Assembly: GCA_965226795.1 (NCBI GenBank)
Contig: CBDDDZ010000002.1
Location: forward strand, 448,001 to 512,000
DNA from: Candidatus Latescibacterota bacterium
Lineage (GTDB): Bacteria; Latescibacterota; UBA2968; GCA-2709665
DNA length: 64,000 nt
Direction: 5' to 3'
Shown: in pieces, positions 18,265 to 28,346 of the stretch
Layout of the letters: each line of letters starts with the position of its first letter
Numbering within the stretch: position 1 is the stretch's first letter
Translations under genes and position numbers: made by a program
Notes under the pieces: generated by a model
What the model saw: the letters and a program-made list of their open reading frames with translations, nothing else
The model's database searches: none
Told to the model about the DNA's origin: nothing

Positions 18265-21200
18265 ATGATGGACACCAGCACATTCCTGAATCCCCCGGCG
18301 CCATACCGGATTCTGACTTCCTGGAACTGGAACGGCACCATCGAGGAGGGTGAGATCGTGCGCCAGATCCGGGAGATGAACGATAAGGGTCTGGGTGGAT
18401 TCTGTCTCTCCGCGGGGCCGGGGCTTCGCATTCCATACCTCTCCAAAGTCTGGTTCGATCGTGTTCGGCTGGCGGTGGAAACCGCCCGGGAGTGCGGCCT
18501 CCAGGTCTGGCTGCAGGGCGAATACCCCCATCCCCACAGCATCAGCGGCGGCCAGGTTTCGCTGGGTTATCCGCAGTATCGGGCTCAGCACCTCACCTTT
18601 GATGAAATCACCGTTCAGGGCGGGCAGCAGGTCGACATGGAACTGCCGTGGGGCACGGTATTGCGTGCGCTCTCTGTTCCCCTCAAGCGGGACCGGTGCC
18701 TCTGGGAGAGTGTGGCCGATATCGGGGATTATATCGGCACAAATCAGCGCCATGAGATATACCACGAACACACGGACGACGCGGCATACCATAACAAACG
18801 ATTTCTCGCCCGACACGTCACGCATCGCCTGTTCTGGAAGGCGCCGCCGGGACGCTGGAGAGTGCTCGTCTTCATACAGCGAGAAAGCGACGAGGCGGAA
18901 TCTCATGGAATCCACTTCGATCCGTTCAACGCGGAAGCCGTCGCCTGTTTTCTCGAGACCACCCACGGACGGTACGCAAGCGGGCTGGCAAAAGGTCTTG
19001 GCGGCGTGATCCAGGGCATTTTGACCACCGAGGCGTTTCCCATTCCGGGCAGATGGCACTGGTCTCCGACATTGCCCCGGGTATTTCGGGAGCGCAACCA
19101 GTACGACCTGCTCAACTGCCTCCCCGCGCTGATGACCAATTTCGGCCCGAATACGGAGCGCATTCGGTACGATTACTTCCAGACTTTGAGCGAGATGCTC
19201 AGAGACAACTTCCATAAAGTCTTCGAGACGTGGTGCGCGAAACACAAAGTGCTGCACGCGGCCGACGTCACTGTTTTCAGGAACGCCCACAGGTGCAACG
19301 TTCACATCCCCGGTACGAGCGGCGGGGGTGAAAAGGTGGGAGGGTTCAGAGGCCGGGACGCACATGCCGCCGCTTATCGCCGCAACCCCAGGTTCTCCGT
19401 GTCCGTCCACGACGGGGGCCGCGCCTTCAACACCTGTTTCCAGGATACCGGCTGGTCTCTGACCCTTCAGGATATGAAATGGTCGATCGACCGGATGGGC
19501 GCTCTAGGCGCCAACCTGTTTCACGCACGGGGATTGTCCTATACCCTGGACGGGTTGCGCAAACACCACAATCCGCCCTCGATTTTCCATCAGAATCCCT
19601 ATTGGAAACATTTCCGGCTTCTGGCGGACTACGCCGGCCGCCTCTCATACGTCCTCAGCCAGGGACGTCGACGGGCGAATCTGGCCCTTCTCGATCCGGC
19701 AACGAGTCTCTGGGCGCACCTGGGCAGCCCCGGCCTCGGATGGGAATATATCGGCTACGATGAGGAAGAGGCCAAGCTGACCCAACGGCTCGCTTCAGAT
19801 TGGGCGTACCTGATCGAATCCCTCTGCCAGATGCAGCGAGATTTCGATTCCCTGGATCCGGAAACGTTGGCGGCGGCGCGAATTGCCGGTGACCGGCTGC
19901 AGACTGACGTAGGCAGCTACGAGGTGCTCATCCTGCCGCCCATCACAAACCTGGAGCGAGACGCGTTTGAACGCATCCGGCAGTTTATCAACGCCGGCGG
20001 CAGAGTTATCTGTCTCGGCCTGCTGCCGATTGAAGACATTCAGGAAGGTTCGTCGGTCGTCGAGGCATTCTCCCGGCTTACCGATATGGAACCCGGCAGA
20101 ATGAGGCGCGACTATATCGGCCACGAACTGGGCGTACATCTCATTCAGAGGGGAGACCTCTACTTCATTCGTACGGGAGGGTCCGTCAGAAAAAATCGCG
20201 GCGCGCGTATGCTGGCCGATTTGCTCCACCGCATACTTCCTCCTGACGTGATTGTCGAAACCGACAAAAAGAACGGTTCGGCGATCCTGTCGCAGAGGAG
20301 AGAAACGCCAAAGGAAGATCTGTTCTTCTTCACGAATACCGATCAAAACGCCTTTACATCCCGGATCACATTAAGGGTGCCGTCAAGCCGCCGAAAAGTG
20401 GAACGGTGGGACCTGGAAACCGGCAGGCGGACCTCATTAAGGGCGGACAGGGAAGGTGATAGGATCACGCTAAACCTCGACTTCGAACGGTTGCAATCCC
20501 ACGTTATTGTTGCATCGGAAGACAAACCCCAGTCTCTGAGGGAATTGGAAACGGCGGCGGTTTTGCGTCCCGACGCGGACGGTGGGTGGAAAGTCGATCC
20601 CGAAGACGACAACTGCCTGCGCATGGACAGGTACCAAATGCAACTCGATCCGCAGAACAAAGGAATCGAGCAGGGCTGGCACAAACCCGGCTACAGAGAC
20701 AACCGCTGGACGTCAGTAACCCCCAAACCGATGATTGAACAAATCAAAAGTCTGCCTACTCTTTCCAGCCTGCCCTTCACGTTCAATAGCGGCGGACCGG
20801 GTCAGACCGCCGGTCCGGGCATCAAATTTCCCCTGGTTTGCTGGTTCAGAACCGCATTCTCCGCCGACGTCGTGCCTTCAAAGCTCTCCCTGGTGATGGA
20901 CCGCAGCGCCATTCTGGGCAATTATCAGATCTACCTTAATGGTGTCCGCCTGCCCGGAAAAGCCTTCCGTCCCACGTTCCGATACGACCATAACAACGTC
21001 ACCTGCGCGGTTGTGCGTCGCGTCACAACCGGCAGGAACGTCCTGGCCATCCGTGTGGAACTCGACCACCTCAACCAGGGCCTGGTCGATGCCTTCTACC
21101 TTTTCGGAAAATTCGGTGTCAGGCGGTGGCTCAGCCACTATCTCCGAATGGTCGCTCCGGTCGACCGTGGTTTTCCGGGCGAACTCGACGAGCAGAAAAT

Positions 21201-21507
21201 GCCCTATTATGCGGGAACGGTTGTGTATACAAAAGATATGACGTTTAGCGAGCCCCCCGAGTCCGAACAGTTCGTTTTTTCGCTCGAGGAGGAACTTAAA
21301 GACGTCTCCGATATTGTAGAGGTCGCCATAAACGGCCGCTCCCTCGGTACGAGAGCCTGGGCGCCCTACAAGTGGACGGCCAGAACCGAATGGCTCAGAC
21401 CCGGAAAGAACCGAATCGTCGTCCGGATGACCAACACACTTTCCCGGCTGCTCACCGGCAGTGAATTTGAGACCCGAACCCACTCCCTGAAACCCGTCAA
21501 GCTTTAG
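18265..21507 (+). CDS. GH106/alpha-L-rhamnosidase-like glycoside hydrolase homolog
   Basis: WNWNG..EIVRQIREM..GLGGF, PYLSKVWF, RIRYDY, GWSLTLQDMKW, PPSIFHQNPYW, C-terminal beta-sandwich (WAPY, GKNRIVVRMTNTL). Confidence 0.75.
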   Translation: MMDTSTFLNPPAPYRILTSWNWNGTIEEGEIVRQIREMNDKGLGGFCLSAGPGLRIPYLSKVWFDRVRLAVETARECGLQVWLQGEYPHPHSISGGQVSLGYPQYRAQHLTFDEITVQGGQQVDMELPWGTVLRALSVPLKRDRCLWESVADIGDYIGTNQRHEIYHEHTDDAAYHNKRFLARHVTHRLFWKAPPGRWRVLVFIQRESDEAESHGIHFDPFNAEAVACFLETTHGRYASGLAKGLGGVIQGILTTEAFPIPGRWHWSPTLPRVFRERNQYDLLNCLPALMTNFGPNTERIRYDYFQTLSEMLRDNFHKVFETWCAKHKVLHAADVTVFRNAHRCNVHIPGTSGGGEKVGGFRGRDAHAAAYRRNPRFSVSVHDGGRAFNTCFQDTGWSLTLQDMKWSIDRMGALGANLFHARGLSYTLDGLRKHHNPPSIFHQNPYWKHFRLLADYAGRLSYVLSQGRRRANLALLDPATSLWAHLGSPGLGWEYIGYDEEEAKLTQRLASDWAYLIESLCQMQRDFDSLDPETLAAARIAGDRLQTDVGSYEVLILPPITNLERDAFERIRQFINAGGRVICLGLLPIEDIQEGSSVVEAFSRLTDMEPGRMRRDYIGHELGVHLIQRGDLYFIRTGGSVRKNRGARMLADLLHRILPPDVIVETDKKNGSAILSQRRETPKEDLFFFTNTDQNAFTSRITLRVPSSRRKVERWDLETGRRTSLRADREGDRITLNLDFERLQSHVIVASEDKPQSLRELETAAVLRPDADGGWKVDPEDDNCLRMDRYQMQLDPQNKGIEQGWHKPGYRDNRWTSVTPKPMIEQIKSLPTLSSLPFTFNSGGPGQTAGPGIKFPLVCWFRTAFSADVVPSKLSLVMDRSAILGNYQIYLNGVRLPGKAFRPTFRYDHNNVTCAVVRRVTTGRNVLAIRVELDHLNQGLVDAFYLFGKFGVRRWLSHYLRMVAPVDRGFPGELDEQKMPYYAGTVVYTKDMTFSEPPESEQFVFSLEEELKDVSDIVEVAINGRSLGTRAWAPYKWTARTEWLRPGKNRIVVRMTNTLSRLLTGSEFETRTHSLKPVKL

Positions 21508-21608
21508 GATACTGACGTCAGGCGGCGCAAATCGACTCCGTCACCGGAGGAACGGGATGCGCCATCGGTCTCCATTGCCAGGGTCGGATATCCCGTATCG
21601 CAGAAAAG

Positions 21609-21644
21609 GAAAAGCGGCCTCACGTCGAGGTCGTTTTCGTGTTT
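21609..21644 (+). terminator. Putative intrinsic terminator
   Basis: GAAAAGCGGCCTC-acgtc-GAGGTCGTTTTC hairpin (G:U pairs) about 100 nt after the GH stop. Confidence 0.45.
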
Positions 21645-22178
21645 AAAACAAGAGCGGAAATCGCCGGGAAACCCATGTCGTGCATCCGTTGACCGGGATG
21701 AGCCGATGGCAGGTTTGTCTCAATAAGCGGCGGCCCGTTCCGCCGTTATCCGAATAAAGAAGTGGCATATCTACAGGGCGCCTTCAACCGTTTTAAATTA
21801 GGCAGATGTCATTTCAATTGGAGACGACTATGAAACGGGGATGGATCGCAGCAGGCGTGATAGCCGCGATACTTTCAGGTTCCCGGACCCTTGCATTTTA
21901 GAATGGCGGTCTATATATTTCGAGAGCATGCGGAACAACCGGCCGCACCGTCGCTCTGAGCACTGCCTCAATACTGTTCAGTGGTCCCAGCGGGACAGGT
22001 TCCATGCGCGGGTCCCGCCTACTTCACTTGCAGTGGAGTTCGGGCACGTAGCGCCCACTTTCCCGTAACCGAGAGATGAAACGGCGATCCATTCAGGCCT
22101 TTGCCGGACCCACTCTTTGTAGCCATGCAGTATCTTGAGACAAGAGAAGACGCCTCTCCCAAAAATGGAGAATTCGCG

Positions 22179-22435
22179 ATGGCTGATGTAGAACGGAATA
22201 CGATAGAATTGGGAAAGATCGTCTCGCGTGATCCTGAAATCCACAGCGGAGATCTGGTATTTGCCGGCACGAGGGTTCCGGTAGACTGTCTGGTGGGTTA
22301 TCTTAAAGGGGGCACTCCATCGAAGAGTTCCTCCTGGACTATCCCACGGTCGAGCGCTGGCAGATAGAGCGGTTTCTCGACCTTTCACCTGAGGGTCTGG
22401 AGCACTTGAGAGCACAGAATGCGAGTGCTTCCTGA
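22179..22435 (+). pseudogene. DUF433 family antitoxin, frameshifted
   Basis: DPEIHSG...FAGTRVPV..L.GYLKGG continues as HSIEEFLLDYPTV in the -1 frame; one G missing from G5 run at 22308-22312. Confidence 0.85.
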
Positions 22436-22745
22436 CGAGGATATTCCGATCAGACTCAGGCTCTACTTCCAATCAGAAGTAGAGGTCGAAACGGTGGAGT
22501 ATCGTGGATGGAAGGGTCTTAAAAATGGCGCATTACTGCGTGCCGCCCAACGACATTTCGATGTTCTTGTTACGATGGACGGTAACCTTCCTGATCAACA
22601 ATCTCTTCAACAATTCGACCTGGGCGTGGCTGTCTTGCGTGCATCGAGCAAGACGCTTGAGGGTTTGGTAGCAATGGTACCGGAACTCGAAAGATTGCTA
22701 CCTGAGATCGGGCTTGGACAAGCTTTGCGGATCTATCCCAAATAG
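22419..22745 (+). CDS. DUF5615 family PIN-like toxin
   Basis: MRVLPDEDIP, GWKGLKNGALL, FDVLVTMDGNL..QQ; overlaps DUF433 3' end. Confidence 0.85.
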   Translation: MRVLPDEDIPIRLRLYFQSEVEVETVEYRGWKGLKNGALLRAAQRHFDVLVTMDGNLPDQQSLQQFDLGVAVLRASSKTLEGLVAMVPELERLLPEIGLGQALRIYPK

Positions 22746-23033
22746 ACTGCGGCCTTAGCCTCTTTGACAAGGCCACCGCCAATTTGCCACAGGCTGACAC
22801 TACGCACGAACACGTCCTCCCGACCCACCCTCCGCACGCAACAACGTCAACAACCCGCATCCCCGCCGGCAACTATACACTCGTCGTCCGGCAAGAACCC
22901 GACCACCTCGGCGTGACTCTATCGATACCTATATCCAACTTGCGATCTTCGCCACCCGGCCGGCAGATGGGTCAGGGCTACGGCTAAGAATCAGACGTCA
23001 ACACCCCAAACTATACCCGGAGGCGTGCAACTC

Positions 23034-23441
23034 ATGAACCCCTGGAAGATCAATCTGGACGACGTGCCTGAAGATCATCAGACGTGGACCTGGAAGACCG
23101 GAAGCTACGAACGCTATCGCCGCCATGTATCCGTCGCCCTGGGAAACACCCCGGAAACGCCCCATCCGTTCGACGTTGAAATGACGCGTCTGCCGCCGGG
23201 GGCGCGGCCATGTCCGGTGCATTCGCATGCCCGCACGTGGGAATTCTTCATTGTCGCCTCCGGCCGCGCCGTGGTCGATCGTGAAGGAGATTCCACCGAA
23301 GCCGTCGCCGGAGACTGCTTCATGCAACCGGCGGGCATCCGGCACCGGATCCGAAATGCCAGCCGATCCGAAGATCTGGTCTTCTACGTTATCGCCAACG
23401 AGCATGGCGAGCCCGATCCGGGCCGGAAATACGAGGTCTGA
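23034..23441 (+). CDS. Cupin domain protein
   Basis: PVHSH..WEFF..SG and G..H.IRN cupin motifs; GGAGG RBS. Confidence 0.85.
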   Translation: MNPWKINLDDVPEDHQTWTWKTGSYERYRRHVSVALGNTPETPHPFDVEMTRLPPGARPCPVHSHARTWEFFIVASGRAVVDREGDSTEAVAGDCFMQPAGIRHRIRNASRSEDLVFYVIANEHGEPDPGRKYEV

Positions 23442-23619
23442 TCGACCCGGTACAATGCTCGATCAGCCCGCTGTCGTTTTTCGACGCGAACGCCCCCTTC
23501 CCCCGCGTTCCGCGTATGCACCGTCTGAACGGGACGGTTAGCGCCCGCACCAGAATCGCGGAATCGTCTCTTCCGCTCTCGTCAGATCTTGATTCCTGGA
23601 ATCCGCTCGGGGAGCCAAA

Positions 23620-24507
23620 TTGGGGTTTACGATCTCTCCCGGTGAGGTCTTCGGACTGCTGTGCTCGCTCGTCTGGGCGCTGAACAGCCTGATGGTCCGC
23701 ACTCAGTCACAGGTGATCCCTCCGGTGATGATGAACGGCATCCGGTGCGCCGTGGCCACGGTCATTTTCTGGGCGCTGCTCCCGTTCGGACCGCCGCTTT
23801 CCAGCTACGCCCACGTAACCGGAACGGAGTGGGCGCTGCTGGTGGGTGGGTTGGTGATCGGGATGGCCATCGGCGAGACGATGTACCTGGCGGCAATCAA
23901 GGAGATCGGCGTGTCGCGTGCGATGGCGCTGTCCGGAACCTTCCCGCTCGCCACGTTTTTCTTCGAGTGGGCCCTGCTGCAGAATCCGTTCAGCCGAAGA
24001 TTCTTCCTTGGGATCTGTCTTGTGGCCGTTGGGGTGATTTATCTTTCAAGCCGGGCCCGACAGCCCTCCGGTGAGCGGCCCGTTCGGCTCGCGCTGGGCA
24101 CATCCCTGGCGCTGTTCGCCTGCCTGCTGTGGGGCCTGAGTACGGTGATGCTCAAACCGGCGATCACGCACATGACGTCCGTTCAGGCCAACAGTGTCCG
24201 CGTGCCGATCACGGCCGCGTTGCTCTTCCTGGCCCGGGCATGGACCGGCCCGGTGATGCGCATCCGGGATATCGACCGGCGGGCGCTGTCGATTGTGGCC
24301 GCGAGTGGGATCGTCGGCGTGGGCGCGGGATCCATGCTGTACGTGATGGCGATCAGCCGGATCGGCCCCGCCAAGATGGCCACCCTGGCGTCTGTCTCGC
24401 CCGTTCTGGGGCTGGTGATGGCGGTCATCTTTCTGAAGGAGAAGCTGACCCTGCGGCTGGTGACGGGCGTGGTGTTCTGTGTGGCGGGCGTGTGGATGGT
24501 GCTTTGA
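23620..24507 (+). CDS. DMT/EamA family transporter
   Basis: About 10 hydrophobic helices in two repeats; AIKEIG..A, AISRIG..A, IFLKEKL. Confidence 0.88.
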   Translation: MGFTISPGEVFGLLCSLVWALNSLMVRTQSQVIPPVMMNGIRCAVATVIFWALLPFGPPLSSYAHVTGTEWALLVGGLVIGMAIGETMYLAAIKEIGVSRAMALSGTFPLATFFFEWALLQNPFSRRFFLGICLVAVGVIYLSSRARQPSGERPVRLALGTSLALFACLLWGLSTVMLKPAITHMTSVQANSVRVPITAALLFLARAWTGPVMRIRDIDRRALSIVAASGIVGVGAGSMLYVMAISRIGPAKMATLASVSPVLGLVMAVIFLKEKLTLRLVTGVVFCVAGVWMVL

Positions 24508-24572
24508 CGCAAGGGCCCTTCTCGAGACAACACACACTTGTGTGTATAGATGGTGCCAATCGGGCTCCCTGG

Positions 24573-25193
24573 ATGGGGTTCTGCGCCGACGCCGGGCCGG
24601 AGGAGATACGGGCGGCGGTCGATCGGAATGTGGATGTCATTGTCACACACCACGATGCATGGGATTTCATGTTCGAGCAGAGGGAGGAGGTCCGTTCTCT
24701 TTTACAGAAGCACGGACTCACGCACATCTGGGCGCACCTTCCGCTCGACCTGGCGGACTTCGGGACCTCCGCAATGCTGCTGTCGGAGATCGGTTGTAAC
24801 CCTGTGGCCACGCTGGCCGAAAACGCGGGAAGGGTGGGCGAACTATCCGAATCCGCCAGCTTGGCCACGGTGCGCTCAAACCTCACGTCTCTGTTGTGCG
24901 AGGAGCCCTGTAGAGTGCATGACGCGAACCGGTCCGTGCGCAGGGTAGGCACGGTAACGGGTGCGGGATTCTATACGAATTACCTGAGGGAGGCGTTGCA
25001 CTACGATATCGACCTGTACGTCACGGGGGAGACGAGTCTCTTTCTGCTCGAGTACGCGAAATTCCAAAACGTGAACGTGCTGGTGTATTCTCACAACTAT
25101 TCCGAGTTGCCGGGGGTACGTGCCTTCGCCGCGGGAATCGCCGACGCGCTGAACCTCGAGTTGAAGGGCCATCTGGGGGATTCCCACTTTTAG
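24573..25193 (+). CDS. Nif3-like dinuclear metal centre protein, probably N-terminally truncated
   Basis: VTHHDAW, HLPLD, GAG, YVTGE, HNYSE; first about 35 residues of the fold not recognisable. Confidence 0.7.
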   Translation: MGFCADAGPEEIRAAVDRNVDVIVTHHDAWDFMFEQREEVRSLLQKHGLTHIWAHLPLDLADFGTSAMLLSEIGCNPVATLAENAGRVGELSESASLATVRSNLTSLLCEEPCRVHDANRSVRRVGTVTGAGFYTNYLREALHYDIDLYVTGETSLFLLEYAKFQNVNVLVYSHNYSELPGVRAFAAGIADALNLELKGHLGDSHF

Positions 25194-25293
25194 GGACGGT
25201 TTGTAAAGCACAAAGCCGCCGTCGATCCCTCTTGAATAATTGTTTGAATTTGGCGATTTTGTAGGAAATCGAACATCCACGGGAGGAAAGACA

Positions 25294-25488
25294 ATGAAGC
25301 TCTCGTTTGATCTCACCGAATCTCAAAATGAAAAGTTGGATGCAGCTGCAAAACGACTTGGTATCCGCCCGGAAGAACTTGCAAAGGCGGCGTTGGACGA
25401 TTTGCTGGGTGGGCCTGAAGAGGAATTCGAAGCTTCTGTACAGCAGGTATTGAGTAAGAATAAGGAACTCTACAGAAGGCTGAGCTGA
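25294..25488 (+). CDS. RHH/CopG-like antitoxin
   Basis: 64 aa, GGAGG RBS, MKLSFDL..LDAAAKRLG, KNKELYRRLS; TGATG overlap with doc. Confidence 0.75.
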   Translation: MKLSFDLTESQNEKLDAAAKRLGIRPEELAKAALDDLLGGPEEEFEASVQQVLSKNKELYRRLS

Positions 25489-25874
25489 TGAGATATGTTT
25501 CCCTGGCGGAGGTGGTCGACCTTCACAGGCGTCTAATCGATCAGACTGGCGGAGCATCGGGGTTGCGTGATCTGGGCAGATTGGAATCATCCATCGCGCA
25601 ACCCCGAATGTCTTTCGGCGGGCGGGATCTCTATCCAACGCTGATTGAGAAAGCCGCCGCCCTGAGTTTTGCTTTGATCCAAAACCATCCCTTTGTCGAC
25701 GGGAATAAAAGATTGGGTCACGCAGCGATGGAAGTATTTCTTGTTCTGAATGGGCATGAAATCAAGGCGGATGTGGATGAACAAGAGACCATTATCCTGG
25801 GCGTTGCTTCCGGACAAGTGTCGAGGCAAGGTCTATCGGAATGGTTGACCGACCACGTGTTGAAAATCGGATAA
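25488..25874 (+). CDS. doc: Death-on-curing (Fic/Doc) toxin
   Basis: GLRDLGRLES, HPFVDGNKR Doc motif. Confidence 0.9.
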   Translation: MRYVSLAEVVDLHRRLIDQTGGASGLRDLGRLESSIAQPRMSFGGRDLYPTLIEKAAALSFALIQNHPFVDGNKRLGHAAMEVFLVLNGHEIKADVDEQETIILGVASGQVSRQGLSEWLTDHVLKIG

Positions 25875-25983
25875 ATGAAGATTGTTTAGCGCCCAAGACA
25901 TCTCTCCCGGGCTATATGGCCATGAGCGTCGGGGAACTTAAATCGTCAATACCCGCCAACCGCGCGTCGACGCTTTCAGGAGA

Positions 25984-26016
25984 ATCTACGATGTCGAAAT
26001 CGTCGACTATCACTAA
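25984..26016 (+). pseudogene. higB: HigB toxin C-terminal remnant
   Basis: IYDVEIVDYH-stop, the characteristic HigB C-terminus, just upstream of higA; no intact 5' part. Confidence 0.65.
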
Positions 26017-26036
26017 CTGAAAGAGAGGTGTCGATC

Positions 26037-26351
26037 ATGGTACGTGTGCCAACAGATCGTGTTCCGACTCATCCGGGTACGATGCTGCTGGAGGAGTTTC
26101 TGAATCCTTTGGGTCTAACGTAGCGCGAACTGGCTGCCGCCATAAATGTCCCTTATCAACGGGTCAACGAACTGGTAAACGGTCGACGCGGCGTTACCCC
26201 CAATACGGCTCTGCGCCTGGCGAGATATTTCGATGTATCGCCGGCATTTTGGCTGAATCTCCAACTTCGCTGGGACCTGTATCATACCACCCGATCTGAA
26301 GCTCGGGAAATAGAGGCGATTGAGCCACGGGATATTGGACTTGAAGTATGA
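26037..26351 (+). pseudogene. higA: HigA antitoxin with in-frame nonsense codon
   Basis: PTHPG..LLEEFL.PLGLT*RELA...RVNELVNGRRGVTP.TALRLARYF..SPAFWLNLQ; TAG at 26121-26123 where Gln is typical. Confidence 0.88.
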
Positions 26352-26375
26352 AGAACAAACCCACGGAGTGCTGAA

Positions 26376-27110
26376 GTGCTTTGTATGGCGGCCAAACGTA
26401 TAGATGACATCCATACCGTAGAAGACGCGGAGCTTCTCGATCGTTCCCTGGCTGAAAACGTAGATTGGGAGTCCTTCTACGCGAAGGGCAAGCGGACTCC
26501 GCCTTTTCTGAGGAATGTCCCGGACGAGAATCTGGTCAGATACGTAAAGCGGGGGCGCCTCAGGTCCGGTAACGCTATCGATCTGGGTTGCGGGATCGGC
26601 CGAAACGCGGTCTATCTGGCGAAGGCCGGATACCGTGTTGACGCCATCGATCTGTCGCAGACTGCGATCGGGAGAGGTCGTCGTTTTGCAGAGGAAGGGC
26701 GGGTTTGCGTCAATTCCATCGTCGGGTCGGTCTTTGACGTACCATTGCGCGAGAACCATTGCGACTTTGCTTGCGATTCCGGCCCATTCCATCATTTGCC
26801 GCCACATCGAAGGCCAATCTACCTCGACCGCGTTCGCATGGCGCTGAACCCGAACGGACGCTTCTGGATGACCTGTTTTGACAAGACAGGCGGTCAACCC
26901 GTGGAAGATCGGGAGATATACGAAACGGGAAAGATGCCGCCGGGAATCGGCTACACTGAAGATAGACTTGGAGATATACTGCAACACCATTTCGAGATTC
27001 TTGATTTACGGCCGATGAAGGTTTATCCCGAGGACGCCGAATTATTCGGCATATCGGGTCTTTGGACCGTTCTGATGAAGCCGTCCGCGCCCGGGGAGGG
27101 AGGTCAATGA
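26376..27110 (+). CDS. Class I SAM-dependent methyltransferase
   Basis: IDLGCGIGRN, AIDLS, DSGPFHH. Confidence 0.88.
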   Translation: MLCMAAKRIDDIHTVEDAELLDRSLAENVDWESFYAKGKRTPPFLRNVPDENLVRYVKRGRLRSGNAIDLGCGIGRNAVYLAKAGYRVDAIDLSQTAIGRGRRFAEEGRVCVNSIVGSVFDVPLRENHCDFACDSGPFHHLPPHRRPIYLDRVRMALNPNGRFWMTCFDKTGGQPVEDREIYETGKMPPGIGYTEDRLGDILQHHFEILDLRPMKVYPEDAELFGISGLWTVLMKPSAPGEGGQ

Positions 27111-27589
27111 AACTCGCGGTCAAGACCCGACACGCGGTTGAGGCGGACGTCCCGGCGCTTGTTGACCTGGCGCGGCGGTCCTGGCTTTCCGGAAACTGTG
27201 AACTCGCCCCGATTCAGGCTGTACGCGATTGGATGGAGGCGGATTTGGAGAGCAAGCGGTATCCGGAGACCTGGCAGAACGTCACGGTCGTGGAGCATCA
27301 GTCTCGAATTGTCGGCCTGACGCATCCCGATGGTCAGGAAGTCGCCGATCTCTGGGTGCATCCGTCCTTTCAGCGGCGCGGGATAGGGAGTACGCTGTTG
27401 CAGAATTGCGAGGACGAGATACGCACCGCGGGTCATGACACCGCCAGACTGCGGTACACGGAGTACAACTTTGCGGCACCTCTCTTCTACCGCGCTCACG
27501 GTTACATTGAGGTAAGCCGATCTCCCGACAGACTCCCATGCGGTCTAGTGCGGGATGTCATCGTTATGGAGAAAACGATCGGAGTTTGA
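27107..27589 (+). CDS. GNAT family N-acetyltransferase
   Basis: WVHPSFQRRGIG, FYRAHGY; ATGA overlap with upstream gene. Confidence 0.85.
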   Translation: MKLAVKTRHAVEADVPALVDLARRSWLSGNCELAPIQAVRDWMEADLESKRYPETWQNVTVVEHQSRIVGLTHPDGQEVADLWVHPSFQRRGIGSTLLQNCEDEIRTAGHDTARLRYTEYNFAAPLFYRAHGYIEVSRSPDRLPCGLVRDVIVMEKTIGV

Positions 27590-27808
27590 AGAATCGCGAC
27601 GCAATGGCACCCACGACGGCGGAACCACGAGTCGGAGAGAACACAGCCGAAGGAACGCGAGATTCAGGTATGCCAGGTCCGGTACCAATTCAAGAGGTAT
27701 TGACATCAGGATAGATCAGTAACCCGAATGGACACGGGTGACCGTAGCGAATTCTTTCGTCGGATTCCGACTATCGGGGAAAGGGCGCGACGTCGACTTC
27801 CGCGACCT

Positions 27809-28193
27809 ATGAAAGTGAAAGCAATCGACTTCGTGATATCGCACGTTTCCGAATACGCGGGAGGCAGTTCGTTTCTATCGCGAAGTCCTGGGGCTCGATC
27901 AGGATTTTATCGACGATGGGGTGATAACGGGTGACGGAACGCAGGAGACGTGGACGGAGTTCGACACGCGTCCCGTAAGCCTCACACTGGTCCGATGGGA
28001 CGAGGAGGCGGGACGACCGGGGATCGCGCTTGCGGTAGACGACGTGGATGAGGCGGTGGAAGAACTGCGCGGGAAGGACGTCGAAATCGTGATGGAGCCG
28101 GCCGATAGCGGAAGCTGCAGGATGGCCTGGATCAAGGATCCATGGGGAAACCTGCTCTGCATCCATCGCCGAAACGACGGCACATGCGGTTAG
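27809..28193 (+). pseudogene. VOC/glyoxalase family protein, frameshifted
   Basis: MKVKAIDFVISHVS continues as REAVRFYREVLGL in the +1 frame (about 27852); IALAVDDVDEAVEEL, DPWGNL. Confidence 0.8.
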
Positions 28194-28346
28194 CCAAGAG
28201 GCGAAAACCTCGCGACGAACATAGCAGGAACGGACGAAATCCTCGAGAGAAAGGAATTAACGGAAACAGTATACCGGGTGATTGAGAGTCTGCCTGAAAA
28301 GCGTCGACAATTTTCCAGGGATGAATTGCGGAGGGGGATAAATGCG

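Noticed and set aside
22784..22987. 67-aa ORF between the PIN toxin and the cupin
   Set aside because: No RBS or recognisable motif; it may be a gene relic but cannot be supported.
24129..24572. 354-aa ORF as a Nif3 fusion protein
   Set aside because: Its N-terminal part is an alternative frame of the EamA gene; Nif3 similarity starts only after about 24570.
26121..26123. In-frame TAG in higA as amber recoding or pyrrolysine
   Set aside because: Several intact genes here end in TAG (e.g. 9631, 21507, 59513); a CAG-to-TAG mutation in a dead TA locus is simpler.
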